A DNA stretch of 64,000 nucleotides, from contig JAYWIR010000004.1 in the NCBI GenBank assembly GCA_036172245.1, forward strand, positions 4,774,001 through 4,838,000. Direction: 5' to 3'. Position 1 is the first letter of the stretch; every line of letters begins with the position of its first letter. This document shows positions 1-13,324 of the stretch, piece after piece. The DNA comes from Raillietiella orientalis. Lineage: Eukaryota. The notes beneath the pieces are model-generated. The model saw nothing but the letters and a program-made list of their open reading frames with translations. It did no database searches and was not told the DNA's origin. The position numbers and the translations under genes are program-made.

Positions 1-1350
1 TTCATCCTTTCAAGTTGTCTTTGGATGCAGCAGGACTGAGGACGCACAATTTATGATCTTTTCGATGATTTCGTGCAGCCGTGACTTTGGTGCTTCTTCA
101 CTTTTAGGATTCCAGACCGCTGGCAATCCAAAAAGTGAACCTTGCCAGCCTTGCTAAGGAAGAAAACCTCCCCCACGCTCGGAACAAGTGCGACAGTGAC
201 GCCAACGACGACAGGCGAGGCACCGCTGGCAACGCAGGGTCGACCTGACTGGACCGGAGGAACCCCGGAAAACGAGCCGTTGACTAAGCAGCGTCTCGTC
301 CTCATCCAGGGCCGCCAGACAACGAATTCGTGACAAGCCTCTCGTCAATGAAAGATATCGCTAAAAGACAAACAAAAAAATTTGAAATCCTATCAGCTAT
401 CACAGGAGGTTCATGGAAACCCTCGAAGATGAAGATGTAATCTGCAAGGGAGAAGAAATAACTGAGTTACGGCGAAGAGGAGGCCGACGATGACTGTGAT
501 GATTAAAGAAGCTGACGCAGAAGAATTCTTCTCAGATGCTGTCATCCTTCCGCACCGCGAGCAAACCTCAAGCCCGCTTTTCGGCAGTTCGAAGGCAAAT
601 GAAGAGTCTCTCCTGAGCAGAGCTTCTTCCCTACCGTCTGGAGTGATGCGGACGTCGGATGGCTATCTCTCATGCCGTTTCGTCCCCTGATCCCTAAGTG
701 GAGTGGCACCTCTCCCTGTCAAGCAGAGAGGACCTGTATGCTCTCTCCTCGTCTCTGATCTCTTCGACCTCCCCAACCGATTCGGTAGCTCGGTTTCGAG
801 TGTGCAGCGCCCCCTGGCTGCATCCGGAGGAGAGGACTCGACACGCCCTCCAGGCGGCTGCGGCGGTTCCGATCTCCGAGCGCTTCGAGGACGCGGCAGC
901 CTTTGAATCGATGAGAGCCCCTTGCGGATGGTTGCGGGTTGCTGCCGCCAGGGTGGAGATCTCGCCTCTCCTTCCAGGCAACCGCTCCTTTGAACAGCAG
1001 CTCTGCCCCCGCTGGTGCTGCAAGGGCGGAGGTCTCCTCAGCCTCTTCGTGAATGTCTCTCCTCTCTAGCGCTCTCTCAAACTCTCTGAGTTCCTAGGCA
1101 ACCTTCACTCGACCTTAAAGTCACGAACTTCCTCTGACAGGAACGACATGAGGCTGGGGAAAGGAGCGCCGCGCGCTCCAGGAGAGAGCGTGGTCCAGCA
1201 GCAAACATCCACCGCGGCTCTCTGAGAGAGGAGAGGAATGTGCCCTCCCTGTTTTAGAGACCGGAGCGCCACCGTGACAGCGCGGTTCGAGCAGCCTCGG
1301 TTCCACCCAGCCAGCGTGCTGCAGCAGCCCCCCAGGAGAGCGTCTCTCTG
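1..1350 (-). mobile_element. Degenerate L1/Tx1-clade LINE ORF2 fragment (end of endonuclease, linker, start of RT); continues past window start
   Basis: Minus-strand motifs in L1 order across frameshifts: 'CSNRAVTVAL' (~FSDH-AV), 'SQGALHTRNRATESVGE' (~ARGAxIRSRAxWxEEGE), 'VALVPSVGEVFFLSKAGKVHFLDCQRSGILKV' (~ITLIPKKGD..KNWRPISLLNxDYKIL), 'IVRPQSCCIQ' (~IIHPDQTC). By-eye match. Confidence 0.55.
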
Positions 1351-2279
1351 AAGGTGCGAGGGCGCTCGCGCTCGCAGGTAACAGGGTCGAGGAAAGAGAT
1401 GTAAAGAATGAAGGAAAAAGCGCAACCCGAAATTGAAATGAGAGCCAAAGCGCTCGCTGGTTGAGGACGAGAGAAATCAATCCCGCGGGCTGGAGGCAAA
1501 CCAAGCCAAAAAAAGAACGAGGGGAGAAGGAAGGGGAAAAAATGGCTTCATCCTGTGCGCCCGTGTGCAAATTGGGATTTTCTGGCTGGCGTGCGCGGTG
1601 CGATCCAAAGGAGGAAAAGCAAGGACAAGTATTCTCGATACGATTTCCCATCTCGCCTTTCATGCGTCTCCGTTCCTGGCATCGGGAAGATCTCCTCTTC
1701 GGTTCTTCATCTTGGTGCCCAGGTCGATTGCCGTCGCTCGAGCTGGGCACGCCGACCTTTGCGAGCTCTTCTCGCCTTTGTCCGCTTTCTGAGAATCATT
1801 CGTGAAGGCGGGATGCCGAAAGGGTCCTCTTCTGGACTCCCTTCTGCTTCTGCTTGCAGCAGGAAGGTCCGTTGCAAAGAGAGAGAGAGGTGAGGCCCAA
1901 GAAGCGCAGTAGCATGCCGGGAAACAATCAGGACGGTCCATCTTCGGTCTTTCCCCGATCAACAGCCAGAGCACTTCCAGCAGGCGGTCTCCAGGCGGTA
2001 AGGAAAGACTGGGATATTCCCATAAATTTTCAAATAAATGTTTTGTTTTTGTTTTAAACAAACGAGCGACATTGCAATGATCGTATGGATGAGATGTGGT
2101 GATTTGTCATGCAGTGGAATGCAGCATCCGTTGGAACATCAACAAATTGTTTATCCTGTATCTAAAATCCCACAGTAAATTCTTGTTTGATTAAGGATTC
2201 TAGAGGTACGCATCTCTTTCACTCCCTCCATTGAGCCAAATGGAGTGCATAATCACCTTGGATGTTCCATTGCCTAATC

Positions 2280-2680
2280 AGCATGCATGAAGGAAAAGGA
2301 GAGGCAATGGGACAACAGCGTGTCTTGTTGACACCAGGTTGGTGATAGGAGCGATGGCCATCGCGGGGGAGAACAGCGGCGGCAAATGGCAGTTCTCGAA
2401 AACCTTCCTCATTCTCGCGATCAGAATGCATGAGGGTGCGCAAAGGGTGCATGCAGTGACCGCAGGCAGGATAGCTGTGCGATCCATCAAAAGTAGTTCA
2501 CGCAGCGAACCACGCCCTCCTGTTGCACTCCGAGAATCTCCCAAGTGTCCGAGCTCATTCCAAAGTCTGTCCATCCCGTCGCTTGGAAAGGGCCAAGTCT
2601 CGAAGGAGACATAGGGAACGCGTCCGTGCAGTCCTTTCGGAAGCTGTGAGCAGTGCACACGGCTGAGGATCGCTGTGTTC
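2280..2680 (-). mobile_element. LTR-retrotransposon integrase HHCC-region remnant (BEL/Gypsy-like)
   Basis: ORF 2278..2682(-): 'WNELGHLGDS...LRELLLMDRTAILPAVTACTLC' resembles HxxxGHxG...LRxxxW...VxxCxxC. Confidence 0.35.
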
Positions 2681-3329
2681 ACTCGACCTCTCCTCTGGTT
2701 TGTTGACCTGAAACGAATGTGCGTTCGAGACTGGGCTGAGGAATGGAGAGTTTAGATCGCATTCGTCAACCGAAGCTCCGAAGCTGCGCAGAGTAGCAAG
2801 CGATTCAGCTTGAGGAGTCTCTATCGTTCTTCCGCCCGATCATCTTCCCTTGATTCGTCATGGCTTGCAATGAATGGCTGCTGTTGCATTTTTATGAGAG
2901 AAACGTGGAGTTTTTTTTAATCTTCGAATTCGTTCCAGGCAGTTCCAGATCAGGAAGCAGGGAAAAGGGAGGTACACACCAAACAAATCCTCTACTCTTA
3001 TCTTCTTTGCAAATCATCTGGTGATGATTTTCCTGTTACGATCTCTTATCCACAATTCGGTTTGGCCCTGCCTTCCGACTGTCTCCCACTTCACGTAAGT
3101 GTGGAAACCTCAGTTCAGCAGGCGGTGGAACTCAAGATGAGCTGAGACTTCTAGGTGGGTTCCTTCTCTCGTGATTTGCTTCGACGCATCTCATGAGACT
3201 TTTGTGCAATCTCCTTCCTTCTTAACAAATAGGACAGCCTGGGATTTACGCAACTTTTGCACTTCACGCTGGAGTTTACAACAAGATGGAAATCGAGAGC
3301 AGGAAATCTCTCCAACTGATCGCCATAGA

Positions 3330-3880
3330 TGCGGATTTCCATATCAGAGGAAAAGAGATTAAGGACACCTAACGATTGCATCTTTCACGGAAACGGGAAT
3401 TACGGATTGTCGTATAAGTGGCCTATAAGTTGGCCTTTGGCGTCCATGCCAGCGATTAAAAGCACGCTTGAGGGACAAACTCTGAAGACTACACGCGTTA
3501 CTGGAGGGTATGCGAATGCTAATTCGTCGCTGCTTGTCAGTGGGAACAGTCAAACTGCATGTTCCCATGGTGTTTCACTCCAATGTTGTTCCTCTTTTAT
3601 CACTCCTGAAATGGGAGGAAGATGGTAAAAACCCTCTTCTATTTCTTTGTTGTTCAAGGAAGGTGCACTCGGCTGCAGGAGCAAGCGCGTTGTTCCATTT
3701 GTTTTCACAAAGTTTCCATGTAGCCTTTCACCGGGAACTGAATTATCCCGGTAGTGAGCTTTATCCACCATCCGTCCCGCGGCATTTGATCACGGCGAAG
3801 AGAAGAGGCAGTGAGGAACTACGTTCTTCTACAGAGACCTTTCCTGCTCGAAATACGTTGAGCTTGCGGAATGCTCTTTA
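3330..3880 (+). mobile_element. Gypsy pol remnant (aspartic protease region, then integrase-like piece)
   Basis: 'TLEGQTLKT...VSGNSQTACSHGVSLQCCSSFITPEMG' resembles a Gypsy protease C-half (W.G..IRT...I.G.T...FVVL..CS..ILGM). 'VPRHLITAKRRG' resembles integrase GxPxxIxTDRG. Confidence 0.3.
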
Positions 3881-6710
3881 GTGATGAAAGGTAGATGATG
3901 TTTGCACTTGCAGATCGTACACTCGTGAACGTAGAATCCTGATGCCACTCTGAGAAGAAGCTTCCTGCTGAGATTTTTGGTACGTCACATGTAAGAAGCC
4001 TCACCACTGCAGTTTTGACTCTCATGATTAAAGTGTGAAAAACAAGCGAAAGCGATAGAGTCCTCAGGTCTGAAAAGCTTCCGTTAAGCCCTCTTTAGAT
4101 AGGAGGTCGCTGTCTACGTTCTTGAAGCTTCTATCATTCTCGTCAGAAGTTCTACGGTTTGAAAAAAAAAATTGGTTAAGCAGAAAGGTAGAAATACTAA
4201 AGAATTCTTGCATATGCTGCAGCAGCTATCATCGGAGAACAAACATGGAGTGCAAAGAGAATCTCATGGCATGCCTGTTTGTTTGTTTGTTTGTTTGTTT
4301 GTTTTGGGGGGGGGGGGGGAGAGAAGGAAACACAGGCAGTTTGGCTGCGCCTACCAAACAAGGAGCATCATGCCTATCTGCACCTCAAGATTCTGAAGGA
4401 ATTAGAACGCAACTTGAAGAGACTCCTAACCATAGCAACAAATTTCGATCAGCGAACAGCGTCCCTGTTGTCCGGAAAGAATTCCGTGCTTGAAGACCAA
4501 TTTTTTCATGCATCATTATAGAGGAGGAAAAAAAGGTTGAAAACCCTGCTGTGTCTTTCCGCTCATTGTATCTTTTCTGTTTTTTTTTCTTCGTCTCATT
4601 GAGAGCTCTTAAATTACGAATTGCGTTATTGCAAGCCAAAGCATGCATTAAATTCTAGTCCATGTTTGATATCTGGCAACGAGATTGTGCTTATGCTGCA
4701 TATCATCGTAGCCACGGTACGTGCACCCACCAGGTCGTCAGAGAGAGCAAAACAAAAACGAGAGACGTTCTCTGCAGCAGCTTAGCTCCTCCACATTCCA
4801 CGCTCTCCATATTCAGGGATGAGAAGCTAAATGGGGGGGAAGGGCAAGATTGCCGCTAATAGGAATATGGGCAGCTGAAAATCTGGCTGCTTCTCCTGAT
4901 CAGAACATTTCATGCATCATTTCTAGAGAGCAGAATCGCACCCCTTCCAGTCCCCGCACTTATTTCCACGGAAAGCATTAGATTGCCTCTTGTTCCCGTG
5001 AGATGACCCTTCTTTTCTGCGATGTGAAATGCCGGTACGATCTCTGGCTGAAAAAATTTTTAAACCAGGAAAACAGTCTACGTACTCTCTTAGCGATCGT
5101 AATTGCAGACTTATGGCAACACTGCATGCACGCACTCTTGCAGAAAACTAAAATGTGATTGTGCTAAATTTTCTTGGAGCATTGCGAGACATCTCGGGTG
5201 CCACCACAGAAGAGGTTTCGAAATTGCCTGCTGCTGTACGTTTGGACTCACGTTTAGCCTTCTGCTTTTGATTCTGTTCTCAGTTCCCATAGTAACGAAA
5301 AGCGACGATCTCGGCAAGAGAATGAAAGAATTTCAGAGCACTTTTCTTCGCACAGAATCCTGTTTCTCTGCTCGTGTTCGTGCATGAGTTTTCTTCGTTT
5401 CGATGTTTCTTTACGCCGATTTACAGCGACCTTCACTCGTGCATACCTTCGGACACTTTTAGCTCGTCGATAGTGTTGAGAACAGATCTTTCAGCGTTCT
5501 CTTTCAGCTGCAAGGAATTTCTAAACACGTCTGACGGAGATCCAAATCTAAGAGCACAGGCATTCATTTTCAAGTAGGGATCTTTTTAATTGAAATCCGC
5601 TTATTTACCAGATTCACTCAGCGTTTTGAAATGCTATTTGATGGTTTCTCTCGGTGTAGTTGATTTCTTTCACTGCTTTCAGAGAACACCAACTGAGTGA
5701 TGGGTGTTTTAATTACGTGTTCGAAACGCGATTTGCATGTGAACCAAAACACGTATGTACCTAATTTGCTTGTGCAAGGCGAACAGCTGTTGAGTAAACT
5801 GGTGGTAAGTGTATTCCACCATTTACATTCGGCTGAAGAACAGCAGAAAGACATTATTTGTGTAGTTCCTCCCAGCTGCTTTACCACAAACGACCCACGA
5901 AGCAGGCAGGACATCTAATTTTCGGTATTGCAAATAGATGACGCTATCAAATTGCGCAACGAATTTTCTGAAATTTCGTCAGGAATTTCGGTAGTTTTCC
6001 CGGAAAAATTTGAACTTTCTCACTGGAAGAATAATCATCACCCGAGATGGTCGGATGGCTATTTACTAAGGTGATCGATCGAGATCAAAGAGATCAAAAA
6101 TGCTCTTAAAAAAAATTCCGAAGCAAAAAAAAAAAAAGCCGAAATCAAGGGCATTGGAACTTATCTCTCAGCTGTCGAATAAAACTTTACTGAACACCAA
6201 CAAAATCTGCTAGACCAGCTTTACAAGAGAAAGTTGACCTTTCGAAAGTTCACTGGCTCACTGCATGCGAACTGGCTGCCCGATCCCGAACCAGAACCCT
6301 TCGCAAGCAAGTATGAACTGTAAACAACGCCTTTATTTGAATCCTTCGGCTTGCCCAGGGGTCTTGAAACCTTCTTTCCACCTCTGGACAGAACACTCAA
6401 TAATTCGTGGTTTACGTATGCGTGCTCTCCCCTTTTCTTCCGCATTCTGCAGGAAAAAGAAGAGAAAAAGAAAGAAGAAAACTTTCACCTGTGCGCCTCT
6501 CCGCAAGTGAAAACTGACCGAGCATATTTTCGGGTAGATAAATTGCATCTTTTTCTATCCTTGAACCCGCCTTTCGCGAGTTAGATCCTTCCTCCTCTGG
6601 GTAAACGAGAAAGCACTCCACTCCTTTGACGGCACTTTCTGTTTCCCTTGCCATTCAGCAGCTTGATTTATTCGGCGAACTCACGCGTTTGCCGGATCGT
6701 GGCTGAGCTG

Positions 6711-7520
6711 TGTGACTCGCCGCACTAAGCGCTGCGTGCCGCGCGGACCCTTCCCCAGGAAAGTGTTCCGCGCTCCGGATAGGGCGCGAAACCTATAAAA
6801 CTCGGCGCTCCCAAAGACAGTTTACAGCTCTATGAAACGGAGACGCCAGGATCCGCGAAAGAAGCGGCCTCCCATTGCGATGAGAAAGCGGAAAATCCAC
6901 GGTTTACGGCCTCAGGTCGGGGGGTCCTCCTTGACAGCAAGAACTCCCGGATTGTGAAGTGGAAGCTCCTCTTGCGCAACGCCGCCGCCATCGAGTCAGG
7001 AATCCCCCTGGGGCCGTCGAGAGCGCTGGTATCTTCGACGACGGGAGGGCAACGAGATGCAGCGTAGGGAAGCGGTACTTCGAAATGTTCGCCGAGGTTC
7101 CGACGACTGTGACTTCGTTTCGACTGCGAGATGAAGACGCCAGACGAAGCTCACCGGGGAGAGCTCGGGTCAAACTTGGGCCACTTTTCCCCTGCAGCCG
7201 ACCGAATCTTCAATGCGTCGCATCCCGGCTGCAACACTCCAGCGACTATGACAGATGATAGGCGCCTCGGTGCCTGACGTCACTTTGCTTAGGTTACCAG
7301 CAGCAATGAATAAACACCTGAAACTCATTTTCCTTGGAGCTGATAAGCGCCATCTGACAGAGCACGACATCTGGGGAGAATCCTGCACCTGCCTCCCCGC
7401 GGTACCCGTCATCCCGACAACGACACAACCAACCCAGCCTTTCCCGTTCAAATAAACCAAGAGAGCGACGAGCACTTTCCGTTTCGTTCGGTCTCGAAGA
7501 CCTGCAGGAACCAGATGTGC
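6711..7520 (+). promoter_or_regulatory. Possible 5' LTR / Pol II promoter segment upstream of a Gypsy remnant
   Basis: Starts TGTGAC. Contains TATAAAA at 6794-6800, TGACGTCA at 7275-7282 and AATAAA at 7309-7314 and 7451-7456. Lies directly upstream of gag-like sequence. No partner LTR found. Confidence 0.3.
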
Positions 7521-7639
7521 GACCCCGTGCCGCGTGTTGCTGAGCGGCAATGTCTCGGCTCCAGGAGCTACGCCTCTCTTCGGTAACGCATCCACCCCAG
7601 AGCCCGACCGAAGTTTCTGGCCGTCGTCCCACCGGTTCG

Positions 7640-8850
7640 CTCGCTGTCGTAAATCACGGGCTGAAGGATTGCTCGGAGAATCTGACACGGGTGTGTAAGA
7701 GAAGCAACGGCCACTGGGAACCGGAGCTTTCGATACGCGAGGTGTCCTTGTAATCTGCAGACATGCAAAACCACTTGCCGAGAAATCCACCCGAGAGAGG
7801 CAGCCACAGCGCTGGCATCCGCCGCGGCCATCTCTGCTTTTCAGCTCCGGAAACGTCTTGTCGGGGAAAATTTACCGATCAACATTTCATGTCTTCCTAG
7901 TTCGCTCGAGGAGTCAACAAATGGAGAGCACCTCCCACAAAGCCATGTTTTCCGATGCTTCGTCTTCCCCGCGTAAAACAGGAAGACGAAGCATCGGAAA
8001 ACAGGAAGCTCGACCAGGAAACACGAAAATTCGAGGATTCGCGAAAGCCGCAGTATTCTCCTTGGCAACGAAGGGGGAAAGCCCGAAACGGAGAAACGAT
8101 GATTTCGGTGATCGAAAAGACCCTCGCCCTGGTCTTCTTCTATGACAAGAGCATGCAGGAGTGGGGACGGATGGCACCTGGAAGAAGCACCTCTGCCGAA
8201 AAACTTCTGGAAGAAAACTGCTCAAGGTCGAGGGAAAGATCATCATTATGGAAAATCAAACTTCTTCCAGGGATGCCTCCTCAGTGATTCCTTAAGGGTT
8301 CCGACGCGATGATGTTGCTCATTTCGCCTCTGCAAAACAGGAGATGCTACACTACAAGAAGTAGTCATCCGTAATGGTTAGATAGAAGGCGGAGGCTACG
8401 TCAGCATGCGAAGCCAATCGAGAAATGCAGAATCTCTGACGGGAAGAAGCGACACCAAAAATGTACTCCCAACGCTTCCAGTACAGGGCGTGCGTGGACG
8501 CTGCTCCCAGTGCGCTTCTCGTCAGACGAAAGATGAAAAACAAGATGGAGCAGTTCCAAGCATTTTGAAAGGGAAGGGGATTCTGGGAGGATGTGGAGAA
8601 GAAGGAAAAAATATGACCTTTCGACTGCTGTTAGACTTGGAGAGGGAGATATCAGAAGCACGAATAAGCTGTGGTGAAATTCATTCGGAAGAAAGGATAC
8701 CACGGAACCAACTGTCCAATCTTGTGTTCGCAGCTGCTCCCCAGACTTCACCCACCTACAAGCAGAACTTATTTGAAACGCCTCCGGACAGTCCGAGCGT
8801 CAGAAATACCATTGAGAACACGATGGTGTTCACGCACGAGGTAATTCAAG
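7640..8850 (+). mobile_element. Collapsed Gypsy LTR retrotransposon internal region (gag-protease-RT-integrase fragments)
   Basis: In order: gag 'KDCSENLTRVCKRSNGHWEPELSIREV' (~EDWLxxYERVxxxNxW) and 'QLRKRLVGENL' (~RxQxxGES); protease 'TMISVIEKTLA...QEW' (~DYSVISxxLA...PW); RT 'PVRFSSDER...EEGKNMTFRLLLDLE' (~PYRxSxxER...KKDGTLRFCVDY); integrase 'VQSCVRSC'. Many stops and frameshifts. Confidence 0.5.
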
Positions 8851-9119
8851 TATGAACAGAAAGTTCACCTGCTGAGAATTCTGCCCGGATTCGGAAGACG
8901 TAGAGGACACTTGCTCGAAAAAAAGGACAGGGGTTCTTGCTTACCACAGAGCTGACAGTCATCCGTTAACACCATTCTTTATTGGCGCAAGACCTGTAAA
9001 CTGTTCCGATTACTGAATGAAACGAAAGGCAAGGCAAAAATGGGTTTCTCTGAGCTGGTCCATTCCAATGATTCATTTTTCTTTTATTGTCTTCTTGTGG
9101 TCTCACGTTTCACTTATTT

Positions 9120-9400
9120 AGGCGAGAGCGCGCAATGCCATGCTTCATCGCAAAACTTCTACATGACGAAACGAGCTAGAAGGCAACCAAAAATAGCCAT
9201 TTGGGATGGCGGCTGCTGAATCTTTAGCGGTAGGGAAGGAACGCAGAAGTGGATGAAGGCATGCTTATGAGGCGTAACTGGACTGGTGGAACAGGAAAAG
9301 ATGCTGCCGATGCTGCTGATTGCAAAGTGCGGAATCTTCTTCCACAGTAAGAGCTGCGGCAGGACTGGCTGCCTAGAGCATAAACTGCAGCACGTTCAAG
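9120..9400 (+). mobile_element. pogo/Tigger-like DNA transposase remnant
   Basis: In order: 'ARARNAML', 'SHLGWRLLNL' (~ASxGWLxxF), 'NAEVDEGMLMRR' (~NxDETGLFWR), 'GGTGK/EKMLPMLLIAK' (~NATGxEKLPLLVIGK). Confidence 0.45.
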
Positions 9401-10407
9401 CTTCCGGCTGCTAATTTCTTGAACTCTGTTCTATTCCGAAGAGATCAGCTGTCGTAAAGTCTCGCTATTTTCCAAGAAGAAACCTCTGTTCATAAAGGCA
9501 GACTCAATCTTCCTTGAACATCCTTTGAACATCCGTTGAACATCAACAGCAATACTCTGAGCAGCCTTGACTAGAATGAGAATCCTTTTCCTAAAGATTT
9601 TCACTCTGCAACATCGGGCCGTTTATCTAAGAAAAATAAACAGGCAAATTGGGGAAACTGCTCCCGAAACACCAAAAGCATAATTAGGAAACAAAAGAAG
9701 TTCAAGGGGAGGGTGCGCCGACACTCAGGTCGAGGTTCCTCAAAGTCCGGAACGGAAGGAAAGGGACAAAAAATAAATAAATAAACGTGGAGGGTGGGGA
9801 CAAGGGTCTTTGGTTTGTCTCGTTCCTTCTTGAAAAACTGGGAAAAGTCCGGGACGAGTGGGAGAGGGAAAATTAGAAACTGAATAAATAAACGGAGGGT
9901 GTGATGGCCGTTCCTTCTTTCTAAAACCGACTCTGAATGCCGGCGATCTCCTTTTAGACTTCTGCGTGAGGCCACTTAGCAGCTATCTCCATGTATACGG
10001 CTGCAATACAGGTGACCTCCCTTCGCTGCTTCTGAAACCGCAGCGAATGGGGAGCTGTGACGATGGAGCGGATGCAGCATGTCTCGCAATCACACCGCTT
10101 GTCGTGACTCCACCTCTTGAGAAGAATCGCCTCAGTATGAAAGAGTGCTGAAGTCAACCTCTGCCAAAGTTCCTGGAGGGCACTGCAGTCCAGCAGCAGG
10201 CGTGGGAACGATTCAATCGCCTGCACCTTAAGAAGCTTGGGGATGGAACTCCCCCGAAAGCCAGGTTCCTATGCTGGTTGTACTGGAGACTCTAGTGCAG
10301 AAACAGCAGGATATCCTGTTTCCACTTCAAGGGACACACAGACTTTCCCAAAGATGGTGATGCAGGTGGCAATAGTGGCTCGCGTCAACACATTGCAAGA
10401 TGGCACC

Positions 10408-10566
10408 TATGTTTACGTGTTGTGTCATACCGCCTTCACGCATCCAAGCAATTTCCACCGGTACTTTAACACACGCGATCAGCTTCAGAGAAGTTTCCTT
10501 TGTCCTGCCTGCAAGAAAACTTTCAATCGTCCTGCCAACATGACGAATCACATGCTCACTACACTG
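10408..10566 (+). pseudogene. Decayed tandem C2H2 zinc-finger pair, Tramtrack (ttk p69)-like
   Basis: 'YVYVLCHTAFTHPSNFHRYFNTRDQLQRSFLCPACKKTFNRPANMTNHMLTTL' aligns with the ttk69 fingers as I recall them ([24 protein letters not shown]...[24 protein letters not shown]). Several Zn ligands are lost: TGC>TAC, CAC>TAC, and both final His residues. Confidence 0.7.
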
Positions 10567-11749
10567 TGTCTAGTGTTTACGCTTGCGTATTACTCTGATT
10601 GTTCCTATCGAGAGGAAACACTCTGTGTTTCAAGTTTCCACTTGCTACATTTTCAAACAAGTACCTTGTTCTTGCACCCATTCGCACAAGAGCATCAACG
10701 TCGTTGGTAGAGTTGCGAAAGAGTTCATCAGACAAAATCACTAGAAAGAAGGGCAGCAGTGCTACCAGGTCTGCGATTTTCCAGATTCCTACTGCAGCAG
10801 TAACAGCACGAAATCAAGGTCTTCCGCCACGTATTCAACTTTGAGAGCACCCGCACATGGAGATGCAAACTGGAAAAGAAAGATGAGGACGAATACCTTC
10901 TTGTCATACTCTCCTTCCATCCGCAAAGGTGTGAGCTCAGTCTGAGTGCAAAGTCACGGTGGACAGTCCAATGTGACTCATGATGAGTCAAGGAGGCACG
11001 TGGAGGAAACCGTAGACTAAACTGCCACTGTGCTGTTTATTGCTAGGGGTTGAGTTAACATCATAAGTATTATCGGTCCCATCTGCTGATTCCATTGATT
11101 GGAAAGAGTTGTCAGAATCAGCAGCTGCGTGTCCTCTTTGAATGCTTCTCTGCTGTTCACTTTTACAAGAAAACGGGCGGCATTTTTGCGAAGTTACTTT
11201 CCCGTTCCGAATGCAGTCTCGGAAGCATCCAGTTTCATCTCTCGTTCTGATTTTCATCCGGAAAGGAAAATAAAAACCGCGTGAGTGTACGATCACACTG
11301 ACTTCGGAAATACCGAGCACTTTTGGACTGCTAAACAGAAATAAGAGTCCCATTTTCCGGAGTCTCTTTCCTGCTTTCGGTGAAAGAGTCATGTGAACGA
11401 GCCCGATAAAGCGTTGGGTACTTCCGAAGAATTACGCACCATTCACACGGAGCTTTCACCGGAAACTTTCTTCACAGGAACAAGACTCTGGAAAATGGGA
11501 CTCTTCCATTTGCGTTTAGCAGCGCAAACAGCAGCAGCAGCGAAATACAAAATCCATCATCTTGCGATGTACCTAATTTACGTCAAATTGCACTCTATCT
11601 TCAGCCAGCTTTATGTCACGTTATGCTGAACCTGACAGGAAACCCCGATTGGAATGAAATTTCCTCCATCGAACTGCCATTCTCTCTTGTTTTGCCCTCA
11701 ACTCCAGCCTTGGCGTTTCGGATAGTATGACAGCAAATTATAGGTGTGG

Positions 11750-12300
11750 TCAGGACGCGGTAGCTATCGATGAGGATCGTCGTTCGTGCAAAGCAGGAAC
11801 TTGCAGATTCTCGTGGAAGGGGAGGGGGGAAAGGATGCACTTTTCAGGATCCAATGCAGAATTCCTCCAAAGTGAAGTCCGCAGCGAATGGAAGAAGCAA
11901 AACTGCAGGAAACTTCGTGCCGTCGCGAAAAACAGTGTTCCCTCTTCGGACGCATCTCATCGTTGGAGCTCAGGGATATTGCATCAGAAGCTCGGACACA
12001 ACTGGGATGCATCACATCGATTCCAGGAGCTAAACGGGGAGCAATTCCGCGTGTGCTTGACTCGGTGTGTCCTCCACAAGCGTTCTAGACGGAATGGACT
12101 GCTGGTCTCCATCGTGCAAAGCAGGGAGACGCACGCTGGAAAAGACTATGCGACCGAGTTCTCAAAGACTGTGACTTTCTGTTCTGGAGCAGGAAAAACA
12201 AGGATCACATCGATCGTGACAACTCGACATCAGTTATGCGAACGTATGCCACTGATCCTGCGTTGATGTAGCACATCCAGAAATCTTCACATCTAGTAAA
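11750..12300 (+). mobile_element. BEL/Pao integrase N-terminal region remnant
   Basis: 'AIDEDRR' (~FLDEDG), 'TVFPLRTHL..ILHQKLGH...FQELNGEQFRV' (~ILPxxHxLT..LHxKLGH....ELRxxFWI), 'GKDYA' (~GxDYxG), 'VAHPEIFTS' (~AVHLEIVxS). Confidence 0.45.
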
Positions 12301-13324
12301 AATGCCTTGGAATGACCCATTTGTGTTTTTGTTTTTCTCCTATAATGCTGGGACCTTGCTTGATTATTTTTTTCTTCGATTCTCATCAGAAAGGCATTCC
12401 GGAGGAAATTCCCCTCTAAACTGTAGAGTTGAGGCTTTCGACCGGGTAGGATCCTACAGGTGTGCTCTCCGAGAAACAAGATGTTTATAAAAAGTAGGAT
12501 TCCGAATCTTTGGGACTTCTCAGATGATCGATCCAAAAGACCGAGGGATCTGATCAGCTTGGCAGGTCCAGCAGCAAACATGCGGCATGCTGGCATGTCT
12601 TGTGTACAGTCAACAGCTCTTCATGTAAATCGGTATACATCTGACCTCAGGGAGACTGCAGATTCGACCATACCCAGTGTGAATTACAGCAGGTACAGCA
12701 ATTTCTCTATGCAGAACAGGGACCAAGCGCAGGAGCGTTTGGCTCGTAATTTCACAGAGAAAGGAAAACGACGCCAACGGCTGCACTGAATTCTTTAGAG
12801 GTAAGCATGGCTCCTTTCCTGCTAAAGAAGAAAAGGAACTCGTAATAGTTTATCATTAGAGACCACTCGAAATGCTGCATCGACAAAAGTTTCCTCAGAC
12901 AAGACGTGAAGCTACTGAAGAGAATTTAAAAAAAAAAACGCTGCCTTGATAAAAAGAGTACAAGAAAGATAGGAGCATATCTAAATTTACGAGGGAGGCA
13001 CCGCTAAATTAGACACGCTTTTCTGGTAAATTAGTGGCAGAGAAATCGTCATTCGGACGGTTTGTTTTTTTTCATGAGAGCATCACCACTCTTTCTGTGC
13101 TTGAGTTTTTTCTTCGTATGATTCGTGACCATTCGTGTCGAGAAATAAAAAGCAGTTTCTCACATTCCAAACAAAATATGAGTTACTTTTGATGTTGCTT
13201 TTTCAAATCTTTATTAATATCTACTAATCTTCGCCAGCAGTGATACTAATTTATATTCTCCCCCTCCACTTTTCAAGGCTTCTCTGCTCATTTCTTCCAG
13301 TGACTCTTCCTTTACAGAAGGAAA

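Noticed and set aside
9511..9548. Three ~11-bp TGAACATCC units, similar to sequence at ~2124-2143
   Set aside because: Short local tandem duplication with no spacers, so not a CRISPR-like array. The distant match is plausibly chance.
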